From contig JASHOT010000280.1 in assembly GCA_030040965.1 (NCBI GenBank), positions 9,420-73,419 on the forward strand: 64,000 nucleotides of DNA. Reading direction: 5' to 3'. The notes under the pieces are model-generated. The model was not told where the DNA came from and made no database searches. It saw nothing but the letters and a program-made list of their open reading frames with translations. Within the stretch, counting starts at the first letter, position 1; each line of letters starts with the position of its first letter. Positions 37,167 to 45,215 of this stretch are shown in pieces. This stretch comes from Candidatus Sulfotelmatobacter sp. (GTDB lineage Bacteria > Acidobacteriota > Terriglobia > Terriglobales > Acidobacteriaceae). The translations under genes were made by a program, and so were the position numbers.

Positions 37167-38844
37167 TCTTTCGTTGAGTTATCTGCTGTCGAAGCTGCAA
37201 TGCCGCCGCATTCTCAGGATCAAGCGCCAAAGCCTGTGAAACTGATCTTTCTGCGGCAGCAAAGTCGCCCAATTGCAGCCAAGCCTCGGAACATTCGTTC
37301 AGGCAGAGCAACGCCATTTCGCGATTGGCGGTGAATCGGAGAGCCAGCTGATATTCGCGAATCGCATCGCGAAACTGGCCTTTACCGAAATAGATATGTG
37401 CAATATTGTAATGACAGTATTCTGTCCGAGGCTGAATTGCGCAGGACTCCTGATAGTGCTCCAAGGCCTCATCCACGCGGCCGGCTGAGAAAAGGGCGTT
37501 TCCGTAAAGTTGCTCGAGCCACATGTCGGGACGTCCCCATGCGTTTCTCGCTTGAGCGAACAAAGTGACGGGATCCTTCCAGCAACTGAGATAGCGGGTC
37601 GTCGAGAGACTCAACACAACGATTACGACTATGCCGGCAAGCGGTAAGAACCTGCGCATCGCAGGCAAAGTGTCGATAAGACTCGCCAGGCCCCACACCA
37701 TCATGATGAAAATTCCGATGGCGGGAATATACATATAGCGGTCTGCCATTCCCTGAAAGCCCACCTGCACGATGCCAATCACGGGAATCGATGCGATCAG
37801 AAAGAAGAACCATCCTGTCAGCAAGTATCCACTGCGGCTCAACCCTACCGCCAGAGCCGTGATCGCAATGAGGATTGCAGTCGAGGCGATGGCGTCGCCC
37901 AGTGCTGGAGAAAGTTGCAGGGGATAGTAGGCTGCGAGTTTCACGGGCCAGAATATCTTGCCAATGTAGGCCACGCATGAGATCGCGGCATTTTGCATGC
38001 GCGTCGAAATTGGCAGCAAAGACAGCGCCATGACGGAGCCGCCAGAATTTTGGGCGCGTTCCGTGAGCACGGAACTGGCTGCGCTGAGCGACAACAAAGG
38101 CAGCTTTTCGAACGCCAGTTTTGACCATCGTCGCAAGAAGGGAAGCTCTTCCTCACGATGCAGCGGCCAGAAATCAAATAGCAGCAACGAGAGCGGCAAA
38201 GTCACGGCCATCGGCTTGGCCATAAGGGCCAGCACGAAAGCGAAAACAAGGACTAGATACCTCGGCCAGCGCCGGTTGCGCAGATACCATCCGTACACAG
38301 CTACAGCGAGAAAAGAAAAGAATGCGCTGAGCAGGCTCTTTCGCTGTGCGATCCAGGCGACGGTCTCGACATTGAGCGGATGAACCGCGAACAGAAAGGC
38401 GACGAAAAAACTCCGCCCTGCAGCGCCCGTTGCACGCTGCAGAATCCAGAACAAGAGAAAGACATTAGCCGCGTGAAGCAACACATTCTCATAATGAGGC
38501 GGAAACGGACTCAGTCCAAACAACTGGCAATCCGTCATGTGCGAAATCCAGGTCAGCGGATGCCAGTTTGACTGCTCAAAACTCGTCAGCGCCCAGCGAA
38601 CATTGGCGATCGTCAAGCCGGAGGCGACATGGGGATTATCGGTGACGTAGGCGTCGTCATCCCATAGCCTTAGAAATCCATGATGGCGAACTGGAAGATA
38701 AAGCAGCAAAACCCATACTGCCAGCACCAGGCCGAGCAGCATTGGCCGTTTGCATAACTTGTCCAAGGATGCCGCGAACCGCATGAATGATTGCTCCGGA
38801 TATTGCGGAACAAGAGAGTATAAATGGCGCATCAAGGGCCGCAT
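37153..38844 (-). CDS. TMTC/PMT-like GT-C glycosyltransferase with C-terminal TPR repeats
   Basis: N-terminal polytopic domain with LWDDDAYVTDNPHV (DD motif in the first loop, as in protein O-mannosyltransferase-like enzymes). C-terminal TPR repeats (YGNALFSAGRVDEALEHYQESCAIQP...). Confidence 0.7.
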   Translation of the reverse strand: MRPLMRHLYSLVPQYPEQSFMRFAASLDKLCKRPMLLGLVLAVWVLLLYLPVRHHGFLRLWDDDAYVTDNPHVASGLTIANVRWALTSFEQSNWHPLTWISHMTDCQLFGLSPFPPHYENVLLHAANVFLLFWILQRATGAAGRSFFVAFLFAVHPLNVETVAWIAQRKSLLSAFFSFLAVAVYGWYLRNRRWPRYLVLVFAFVLALMAKPMAVTLPLSLLLFDFWPLHREEELPFLRRWSKLAFEKLPLLSLSAASSVLTERAQNSGGSVMALSLLPISTRMQNAAISCVAYIGKIFWPVKLAAYYPLQLSPALGDAIASTAILIAITALAVGLSRSGYLLTGWFFFLIASIPVIGIVQVGFQGMADRYMYIPAIGIFIMMVWGLASLIDTLPAMRRFLPLAGIVVIVVLSLSTTRYLSCWKDPVTLFAQARNAWGRPDMWLEQLYGNALFSAGRVDEALEHYQESCAIQPRTEYCHYNIAHIYFGKGQFRDAIREYQLALRFTANREMALLCLNECSEAWLQLGDFAAAERSVSQALALDPENAAALQLRQQITQRKNGRN

Positions 38845-38885
38845 GTCGGCAGTTGTAGTAACAAAGCCGTCGTCTACAATGGCGT

Positions 38886-40598
38886 GTGTTTCGATTCTCC
38901 AATCTGGTGGAAGCTCTGGACGCTGCGCCTGCCGAGCGGCCGTTCATTACATTCTGGATCGACGAAGACCAGCGCGAGACGGTGACGTTCGGGGAATTTC
39001 GCCAGCGCACGTTCTCGGAAGCGGAAGAACTACGACAGCACGGCTTAAAGACCGGTGACCGTGTGGTAATCATCATGCCGCAATCGATTTCGGCGATGGT
39101 GACGTTTGCCGCAGCGATGAGAACTGGTGCGGTGCCGGCATTTCTCGCATATCCCAATTTCAAGGTCGAGTCGGCGAAATATCGGTGGGGACTGGCTGGG
39201 GTCACGGCAAATCTCAGCGCCAAGGCCATTGTGATCGACGCGGAATTTCCTGACGAATTCCTCGGTTGCATCTCGCTCGGTGATCCAAGCAAACTGATTC
39301 GCGCGCAGGATCACGCGAAGTCGCCGCAGTCGCATGGACAATTCAAGAATGCGGAGATTCGGTCCGAGAATCTTGCATTTATTCAGCACTCTGCCGGTAC
39401 CACGGGACTGCAAAAAGGCGTAGCGCTCAGTCACGGCGCGGTGCTGCGCCAGATCGAATACCTGTCGCAATCGTTGCGTATCGACGGCAGCTCCGACCGC
39501 ATTTATAGCTGGCTGCCGCTCTATCACGATATGGGATTAATCGCGTGCTTCATGCTACCCATCGTCTGCCACGTTCCGCTGGTCATGCAGTCTCCCCTGG
39601 AGTGGGTGATGCATCCCGATTCGACGTTGCAGATTATCAGCGAATACAAATGCACGCTGGCGTGGATGCCAAATTTTGCATTTCAATTTATCCCACGGCG
39701 TACGCCGAACGGCCGATGGGCAGAGTACGATCTTTCCTCCCTTCGCCTGCTGATCAATTGTTCCGAGCCGGTCCGGACCACGAGCATGAGTGAGTTTCAA
39801 AAGGCATTCTCCGTTTCCAGTGCGGTGCTGCAGTCCTCTTACGCAATGGCGGAGAATGTTTTCGCGGTTACGCAATCTGACAACGAGCGCGGCCCGGCGA
39901 CTCTGTGGGCCGACGGAGTGCAATTTCGCAATGCTCATCGCATTGTTCCGGTTTGCAAGGCAACTGCCGGCGCTGTCGCGTTTATGTCATCGGGGCGGCT
40001 TCTGCCGAATCAAAAAGTGCGGATCATCTCCGAGTCCGGTACGACGTTCGACAGCGACTTTGTCGGCGAAATAGTGATTCAAAGCGATTGCCTGTTCGAC
40101 GGCTACTACAATCGTCCGGACTTGACGGAACAAGCGATCGTTGATGGCTGGTATCACACGGGCGATCTCGGGTTCTATCACGATGGCGAACTTTATGTCG
40201 TCGGCCGGAAGAAGGATCTGCTGATTATCGGCGGCGAGAATATATATCCGCAGGACATCGAAGAAATTGTTGGCGGCCATGCCTCGGTCCACGATGGGCG
40301 CGTCATTGCGATGGGGCTGTACAATCCGAATCTTGGGACGGAGGAAATTGTGGTGGTCGCTGAATTGGTGGACGAGGAAGAACTCGCCAACTCCGTTGCA
40401 CTCGAAGGCGAGATTCGCGGCGCAGTGGTTTCCGGACTGGGCGTTGCGGTGAAGAAGATCTTTTTGAAACCGCCAAAGTGGATTGTGAAAAGCACCGCCG
40501 GAAAAGCCGCGCGTGCGGCCACCCGAGAAAAGCTGCTGCGTGAGCATCCGGAGTTGAACGCGCATGCGGACTTGGATCAGGAGAACACATCGAAATGA
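38886..40598 (+). CDS. adenylate-forming ligase (acyl/aminoacyl-AMP ligase loading a carrier protein; FAAL/DltA-like)
   Basis: AMP-binding core motifs SAGTTGLQKG, GWYHTGDLG and GRKKDLLIIGGENIYPQDIE. GTG start. The stop overlaps the carrier-protein ATG. Confidence 0.85.
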   Translation: MFRFSNLVEALDAAPAERPFITFWIDEDQRETVTFGEFRQRTFSEAEELRQHGLKTGDRVVIIMPQSISAMVTFAAAMRTGAVPAFLAYPNFKVESAKYRWGLAGVTANLSAKAIVIDAEFPDEFLGCISLGDPSKLIRAQDHAKSPQSHGQFKNAEIRSENLAFIQHSAGTTGLQKGVALSHGAVLRQIEYLSQSLRIDGSSDRIYSWLPLYHDMGLIACFMLPIVCHVPLVMQSPLEWVMHPDSTLQIISEYKCTLAWMPNFAFQFIPRRTPNGRWAEYDLSSLRLLINCSEPVRTTSMSEFQKAFSVSSAVLQSSYAMAENVFAVTQSDNERGPATLWADGVQFRNAHRIVPVCKATAGAVAFMSSGRLLPNQKVRIISESGTTFDSDFVGEIVIQSDCLFDGYYNRPDLTEQAIVDGWYHTGDLGFYHDGELYVVGRKKDLLIIGGENIYPQDIEEIVGGHASVHDGRVIAMGLYNPNLGTEEIVVVAELVDEEELANSVALEGEIRGAVVSGLGVAVKKIFLKPPKWIVKSTAGKAARAATREKLLREHPELNAHADLDQENTSK

Positions 40599-40843
40599 CC
40601 GCAGACGAGCAGCAGATGGTTGAGCACATAGTCGAGTTGATTCGCAAACCTGGAGTGACGATCAATGAAAACACGCCGCTCGTCTCTTCCGGTCTCATCG
40701 ACTCTATGGAGTTGGTTGATCTTCTGCTAAGACTTGAGGATATTACGCACCGCCGCATTCCGGCGGGCAAGGTGCAGCCCAAAGATATGGACACGGTCGC
40801 TAAAATGTTCGCCACTGCCGAGCGAGTCGGGAAGCCGCGCTAG
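40595..40843 (+). CDS. acyl/peptidyl carrier protein (DltC-like)
   Basis: 82 aa. GLIDSMELVDLLLRLE contains the phosphopantetheine Ser motif. ATGA coupling to the ligase gene. Confidence 0.8.
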   Translation: MTADEQQMVEHIVELIRKPGVTINENTPLVSSGLIDSMELVDLLLRLEDITHRRIPAGKVQPKDMDTVAKMFATAERVGKPR

Positions 40844-40998
40844 CAAGGATTTACCATCCCGAAGCAGCTCTCGTTGCGACGGTGACATGTATTGCCTCGG
40901 TCGCGGTTAGCCTTATAATGAGCGACGCGTGCCCGGGGCTGAGCACTCCGCAGTCGCGCTACGTTTTGCACCCAACGATCGCCTATGAGTCTGGGCTT

Positions 40999-42198
40999 AT
41001 GAGCCAAACTCTGCGAGCTGTATCCGCCGACCTTGAGGACGTTGCCGCCGCCGTGCCGGAAGTCTCGGTCGTGCTGCCCTGCCTGAATGAACGCGAGACG
41101 GTCGGCATTTGCGTGGCCAAGGCTGTTACCGCACTGCGCGACGCGGGGATTCAAGGCGAAGTCATTGTCGCCGATAACGGATCGACCGACGGCTCCGTGG
41201 AGCTTGCGCAGGCTGCCGGCGCCAGAGTGGTTCCTGTCGCGCAGCGTGGATATGGAAATGCGTTGCGGGGCGGGATTCAGGCTGCATGCGGCACTTATGT
41301 TCTGATGGCGGACTCCGATGACAGCTATGATTTCGGACATATTCCGCGGTTTGTGGAACAGCTGAGAAATGGCTCCGAGCTTGTGATGGGCAACCGCTTT
41401 CGCGGCGGCATTCAGAAGGGAGCCATGCCTCTTCTGCACCGCTATCTGGGGAATCCCGTGCTGACCGCGGTCGGACGCCTTTTCTTTGGCTCGCCTTCGC
41501 GTGATTTTCACTGCGGCATTCGCGCCTTCCGGAAAGACAGCTACGAGCGCATGGGCATTCGCTCGACCGGTATGGAGTTCGCCAGCGAGATCGTCGTCAA
41601 GGCCAGCTTGTTACAGATGAAGGTGAGTGAAGTTCCAACCACTCTTTCGCCCGATGGCCGTAGCCACCCGCCGCATTTGCGCACCTGGCACGATGGATGG
41701 CGCCATTTGCGCTTTCTCCTGATGTACAGTCCGCGATGGCTGTTTTTGTATCCCGGCATCACATCCATCTTGGTCGGGCTCGCGGCCTGTGTTTGGCTCA
41801 TGCCCGGGCCGCGCCGGGTCGGCAGCATCGTTTTCGATGTCCACACGCTCGACTACGGTTTCGCATCAATTCTCGTGGGATTTCAGCTGCTGGCTTTCGC
41901 CGTGTTCACAAAAGTCTTCGCCATTACCGAAGGACTTCTGCCCGAGGATCCACGGCTGAACCGCTGGTTCAAACACGTCACGCTGGAAACGGGGCTGGTT
42001 ATCGGCGCATTGTTCGTGATCCTCGGACTTTCCGGTTCCATCTTCGCGCTCTCCAGTTGGGCGCGGACCAGCTTCGGTCCGATTACTTCCGAAAATATTC
42101 TTCGCATCGTCATGCTTTCGGTTTTTTCGTTGACTCTCGGGCCGCAAATTATCTTCAGCAGCTTCTTTCTCAGTATTCTCGGCTTGCGCCGCCGTTGA
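40999..42198 (+). CDS. family-2 glycosyltransferase with C-terminal TM helices (polyprenyl-phosphate sugar synthase-like)
   Basis: VSVVLPCLNE, ADNGSTDGS and a DSDDSY (DxD) motif. Four C-terminal hydrophobic helices. Start set at MSQTLRAV. Confidence 0.8.
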   Translation: MSQTLRAVSADLEDVAAAVPEVSVVLPCLNERETVGICVAKAVTALRDAGIQGEVIVADNGSTDGSVELAQAAGARVVPVAQRGYGNALRGGIQAACGTYVLMADSDDSYDFGHIPRFVEQLRNGSELVMGNRFRGGIQKGAMPLLHRYLGNPVLTAVGRLFFGSPSRDFHCGIRAFRKDSYERMGIRSTGMEFASEIVVKASLLQMKVSEVPTTLSPDGRSHPPHLRTWHDGWRHLRFLLMYSPRWLFLYPGITSILVGLAACVWLMPGPRRVGSIVFDVHTLDYGFASILVGFQLLAFAVFTKVFAITEGLLPEDPRLNRWFKHVTLETGLVIGALFVILGLSGSIFALSSWARTSFGPITSENILRIVMLSVFSLTLGPQIIFSSFFLSILGLRRR

Positions 42199-42200
42199 CC

Positions 42201-42896
42201 ATGTCCCCAGCCGAATTCGATTCCTTCGCGAAAAGTTACGAACAGGACCTGGCCAAATCGCTGGCAGTCACCGGCGAGACGCGCGAATTCTACGCGCAAC
42301 AGCGAATCGATTGGACGGCGGAGTGTTTATCCCGACTGAAACATCGCGTGCGGCGAATTCTGGATTATGGCTGCGGCGATGGCGCGAACGTGCCCATGCT
42401 CGCTTCAAAGTTCGAGGCAGAGCAGGTCATCGGAGTGGATGTTTCCAGCGCTTCGATCGCTGTAGCCCGGCAGTCCCACGCCTCGCCGGCATGTTCTTTT
42501 TTTTGCCTCGAGGAATTTGCGCCGAAGGGCGAGCTGGATCTCGTGTTCACGAATGGAGTTTTCCATCACATTCCCCTAAGCGAGCGGCGCGCTTGCCTGC
42601 TGGCGATTCGGCAATCTTTGCGGCCGGGAGCGGTTTTCGCATTCTGGGAAAATAATCCGTGGAATCCGGGCACTCGCTATGTCATGTCGCAATGCGCTTT
42701 TGATGAAAACGCAATTACCATTAACCCACCGAAGGCGCGCAGAATTCTCTCGGAAGCCGGGTTCAAAATTGTGAGAACAGATTCACTTTTCTATTTCCCT
42801 CGCCAACTCGGTTTTCTGCGTCCGATGGAGCGCTGGCTTCGAGGGTTACCTTTGGGAGGGCAATACCTGGTACTGTGCCAGAATTCTCCAGAGTAA
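42201..42896 (+). CDS. class I SAM-dependent methyltransferase
   Basis: ILDYGCGDG motif I. The ATG is 3 nt after the GT2 stop. The track ORF start at 41697 is an out-of-gene extension overlapping the GT2. Confidence 0.8.
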   Translation: MSPAEFDSFAKSYEQDLAKSLAVTGETREFYAQQRIDWTAECLSRLKHRVRRILDYGCGDGANVPMLASKFEAEQVIGVDVSSASIAVARQSHASPACSFFCLEEFAPKGELDLVFTNGVFHHIPLSERRACLLAIRQSLRPGAVFAFWENNPWNPGTRYVMSQCAFDENAITINPPKARRILSEAGFKIVRTDSLFYFPRQLGFLRPMERWLRGLPLGGQYLVLCQNSPE

Positions 42897-42913
42897 GTGC
42901 GGGGGTGAAGAGG

Positions 42914-43514
42914 CTATGGTTTGACAGGCTGCGCGCTACAGCTCGTCGTTGCTTGACTCATCGCGTACTGGCAACGCCAGCGGAAGCCATTGGGATCGTG
43001 CAGACCGTAACCCCACACGCGAAAGAAGAGCATGCCGCCTTCGACTTGTGAAGCCTCGACAAAAACGTGATCGTTTGCGCGCAGATGTTCTCGCAATTCG
43101 ACGGGAAGTTGTCCAATCAGCTGCGATTTATCGAGAAGAATCGCTAAGGCGGCGTGATCGCGCGAAAAAACCAGTGTCCGCGATGTTCTCTTGCCGACAT
43201 ACTGCGTAACTAATAAGAACTCGTTTTCGCTCCACGCCACGGCTGCCTCGCCCATGTAATCGCACAACTTCCGCGAATGATGAGTTGTCAGGTCGATAAG
43301 CCAGAGAGAGTGAAATGTCCCGACAAAATCGGAGTCGGATGCTTCGCGGTCGGAGCTCCGGACAGCAAATCGGCGATCCGGAGCAATCAGTTCGCCCGCC
43401 TTTGCCAAATACGACAAATTGCGCAATGACCGGCGCTGCGTTTTGAAGCACGGCCACAGCAAGCAGTGCAAGCTTGAGGCACGAAGGGCGCATGCTGAGA
43501 TGCATGATTCCCAT
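42914..43514 (-). pseudogene. secreted protein of unknown function, apparently frameshifted near its signal peptide
   Basis: The signal peptide MRPSCLKLALLAVAVLQNAAPVIAQ is in one frame (43514 downward). The 185-aa body is in the +1 frame (42914-43471). The join is around 43400-43440. Confidence 0.45.
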
Positions 43515-43539
43515 TTCAGCCGATGCGCCCCAAATTGGT

Positions 43540-43555
43540 TGTGACTTGCCTCACA
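43540..43555. promoter_or_regulatory. perfect TGTGA-N6-TCACA palindrome TGTGACTTGCCTCACA
   Basis: Read directly. Lies 26 nt upstream of the 43514 start. Confidence 0.45.
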
Positions 43556-43588
43556 AAGCGGATTACTTCGGTGTTCTTTCCGGTTACC

Positions 43589-44045
43589 TTATCGCTGTTC
43601 CCGGATCACTGCCGAGTCCAGGTGGTTGACCACAGAAGCGCTGGCAGCAGCTTCTTCCAGCATTTGGCTGTGCTCCCATTCCGTCAGCATCATCATGGCT
43701 TTGATATGGAAGTGAGACTCTTTTTGGGCATCGTCGATGCGAATCAGCATCTCGTTTTTCTGCAGCTTGAACTTTGTTTCCTCCGCTAGCGGAAGAAGCT
43801 GATCTGAGGTCTTCCCACTAGCTAATTACGTAGACGACTTTGTCGGACAGCAGAACGTATTCCGGGCATTGGCCGCCGGAGTCGAATTTGGCGCCGCCCG
43901 ACATCGCCACCATGAATCCATGATCAGCCGGCATGCAATCCGTCATCCGCATGCGCACAATCGTTCCCAGGTCATTTCTGTTGGTTTGCGCGGTAAGAAC
44001 AGCAGAGCTGCAACACAACACCATCAGCACGAATACGCGTTTCAT
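43589..44045 (-). pseudogene. small secreted protein interrupted by a 1-nt frameshift
   Basis: The 75-aa ORF (MKRVFVLMVLCCSSAVLTAQ...DKVVYVIS-stop) continues in the adjacent frame as ...ASGKTSDQLLPLAEETKFKLQKNEMLIRIDDAQKE...REQR-stop. The join is at about 43818-43825. Confidence 0.45.
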
Positions 44046-44054
44046 AGTCTCCTA

Positions 44055-44988
44055 TCAGTGGCTGTCAGCGGAATCGAAATATCCGGCACGGCAGCGGAAG
44101 TTCAGGTTGAGGTTGTGGGTGGGTAGAATTCGAACTGCGTGGAATCCGAGACTGGGGTAAGGAAGCTTGTATGTCACCTCGTAACTGGAGCGAAAATCCT
44201 GGAGCACGCTGCCGAAAACGGCGTTGGCGCCATCCCGAAGGCGAAACGAATGGCCTCCGGTGAGCAATGCGAGCTTTTCGAGGAAGACCGCGCCCGAGGA
44301 ATTTGCGGCGGGCATGAGATTGACGGTATAGACCTGAACATCGCTGGCGACGAGGGTCTCAATGGCATCATCGGCGGAGACCCTGCTGATCGTATCCTGA
44401 CCGTCTGAGAAAAGGATCACAACTCTTCTGGTGCGACTGTCGCCAGCCTCGCGCAACACCGCCGCAGATGCAGAGAGGCTGTCATACAGCGGAGTGGAAC
44501 CCCCTGGGGCAATCGATGCAAAGGAACTCTCCGTCTGCGAGCTACTACAGTTGTTTTTGCAGATCACCGTGGGTTGCGTGGCTTGAAACGTGAGTAGCGA
44601 AAGACTCTCGTGCAGGCAGGCCGGAGGTTCGTGAGATGATTTCGAAAGTCGCGCGAATTTCCTGCTGGAAGCGGGTAGAAACCGAACTGCTGGCGTCCAC
44701 CAGGATGGCCATGTCCAAACGTGTATAGTCGGCACGTCTAAAGCTGCGGAAGTTCCTGACGATGAAATCTTTGTCGACCACCGCGAAATCAGTGGCTTGC
44801 AGGTCGGCGATAGCATGCTGATTCTGGTCGGTGGCGGAGAAGGTAAGCTGAACTTCGGAAACCTGCGAACGATAAATCGGGGCAGCATAATCGGGCGCTG
44901 GCTTGCCTCCAGGCACGCCAAAGGCCGGCAGGCCAAACAGAAGAGTCAGAAACGCCCAGGTCCGGGGGAAGGCGAAGGATCGCGCCAC
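44055..44988 (-). pseudogene. VWA-domain protein (acidobacterial VWFA-related type), frameshifted
   Basis: Frame A carries the signal peptide plus the MIDAS DxSxS motif (DMAILVDASSSV). Frame B carries ...GGSTPLYDSL...VVILFSDGQDT.... The frames switch near 44625-44640. Confidence 0.6.
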
Positions 44989-45083
44989 TCAGGCTATATC
45001 GGCAACGGAAGGGAAACTTTAGAGCATAGGCCTTCGTTTCTTCGTTACCCGCGATATCAATCTGCGCTCGCCAACCCATTAGT

Positions 45084-45100
45084 TGGCAGTTGAGTTGCCA
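45084..45100. promoter_or_regulatory. palindromic sigma-54-like element TTGGCAG-TTGAG-TTGCCA (GG-N10-GC on both strands)
   Basis: Plus strand reads TGGCAG-N5-TTGCC. Minus strand reads TGGCAA-N5-CTGCC, whose predicted TSS is ~87 nt before the VWA start at 44988. Confidence 0.3.
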
Positions 45101-45215
45101 CGTTTGCGCCGGAGAAAGTCGCGAGCACGCAGCGGGATTAACTAAGAGAGTTCTTACCTGGCTCGCCGTGTGGGAACCGACGTGCCTCTCATCAGGCGAA
45201 GCGCCACTGCGCAAA

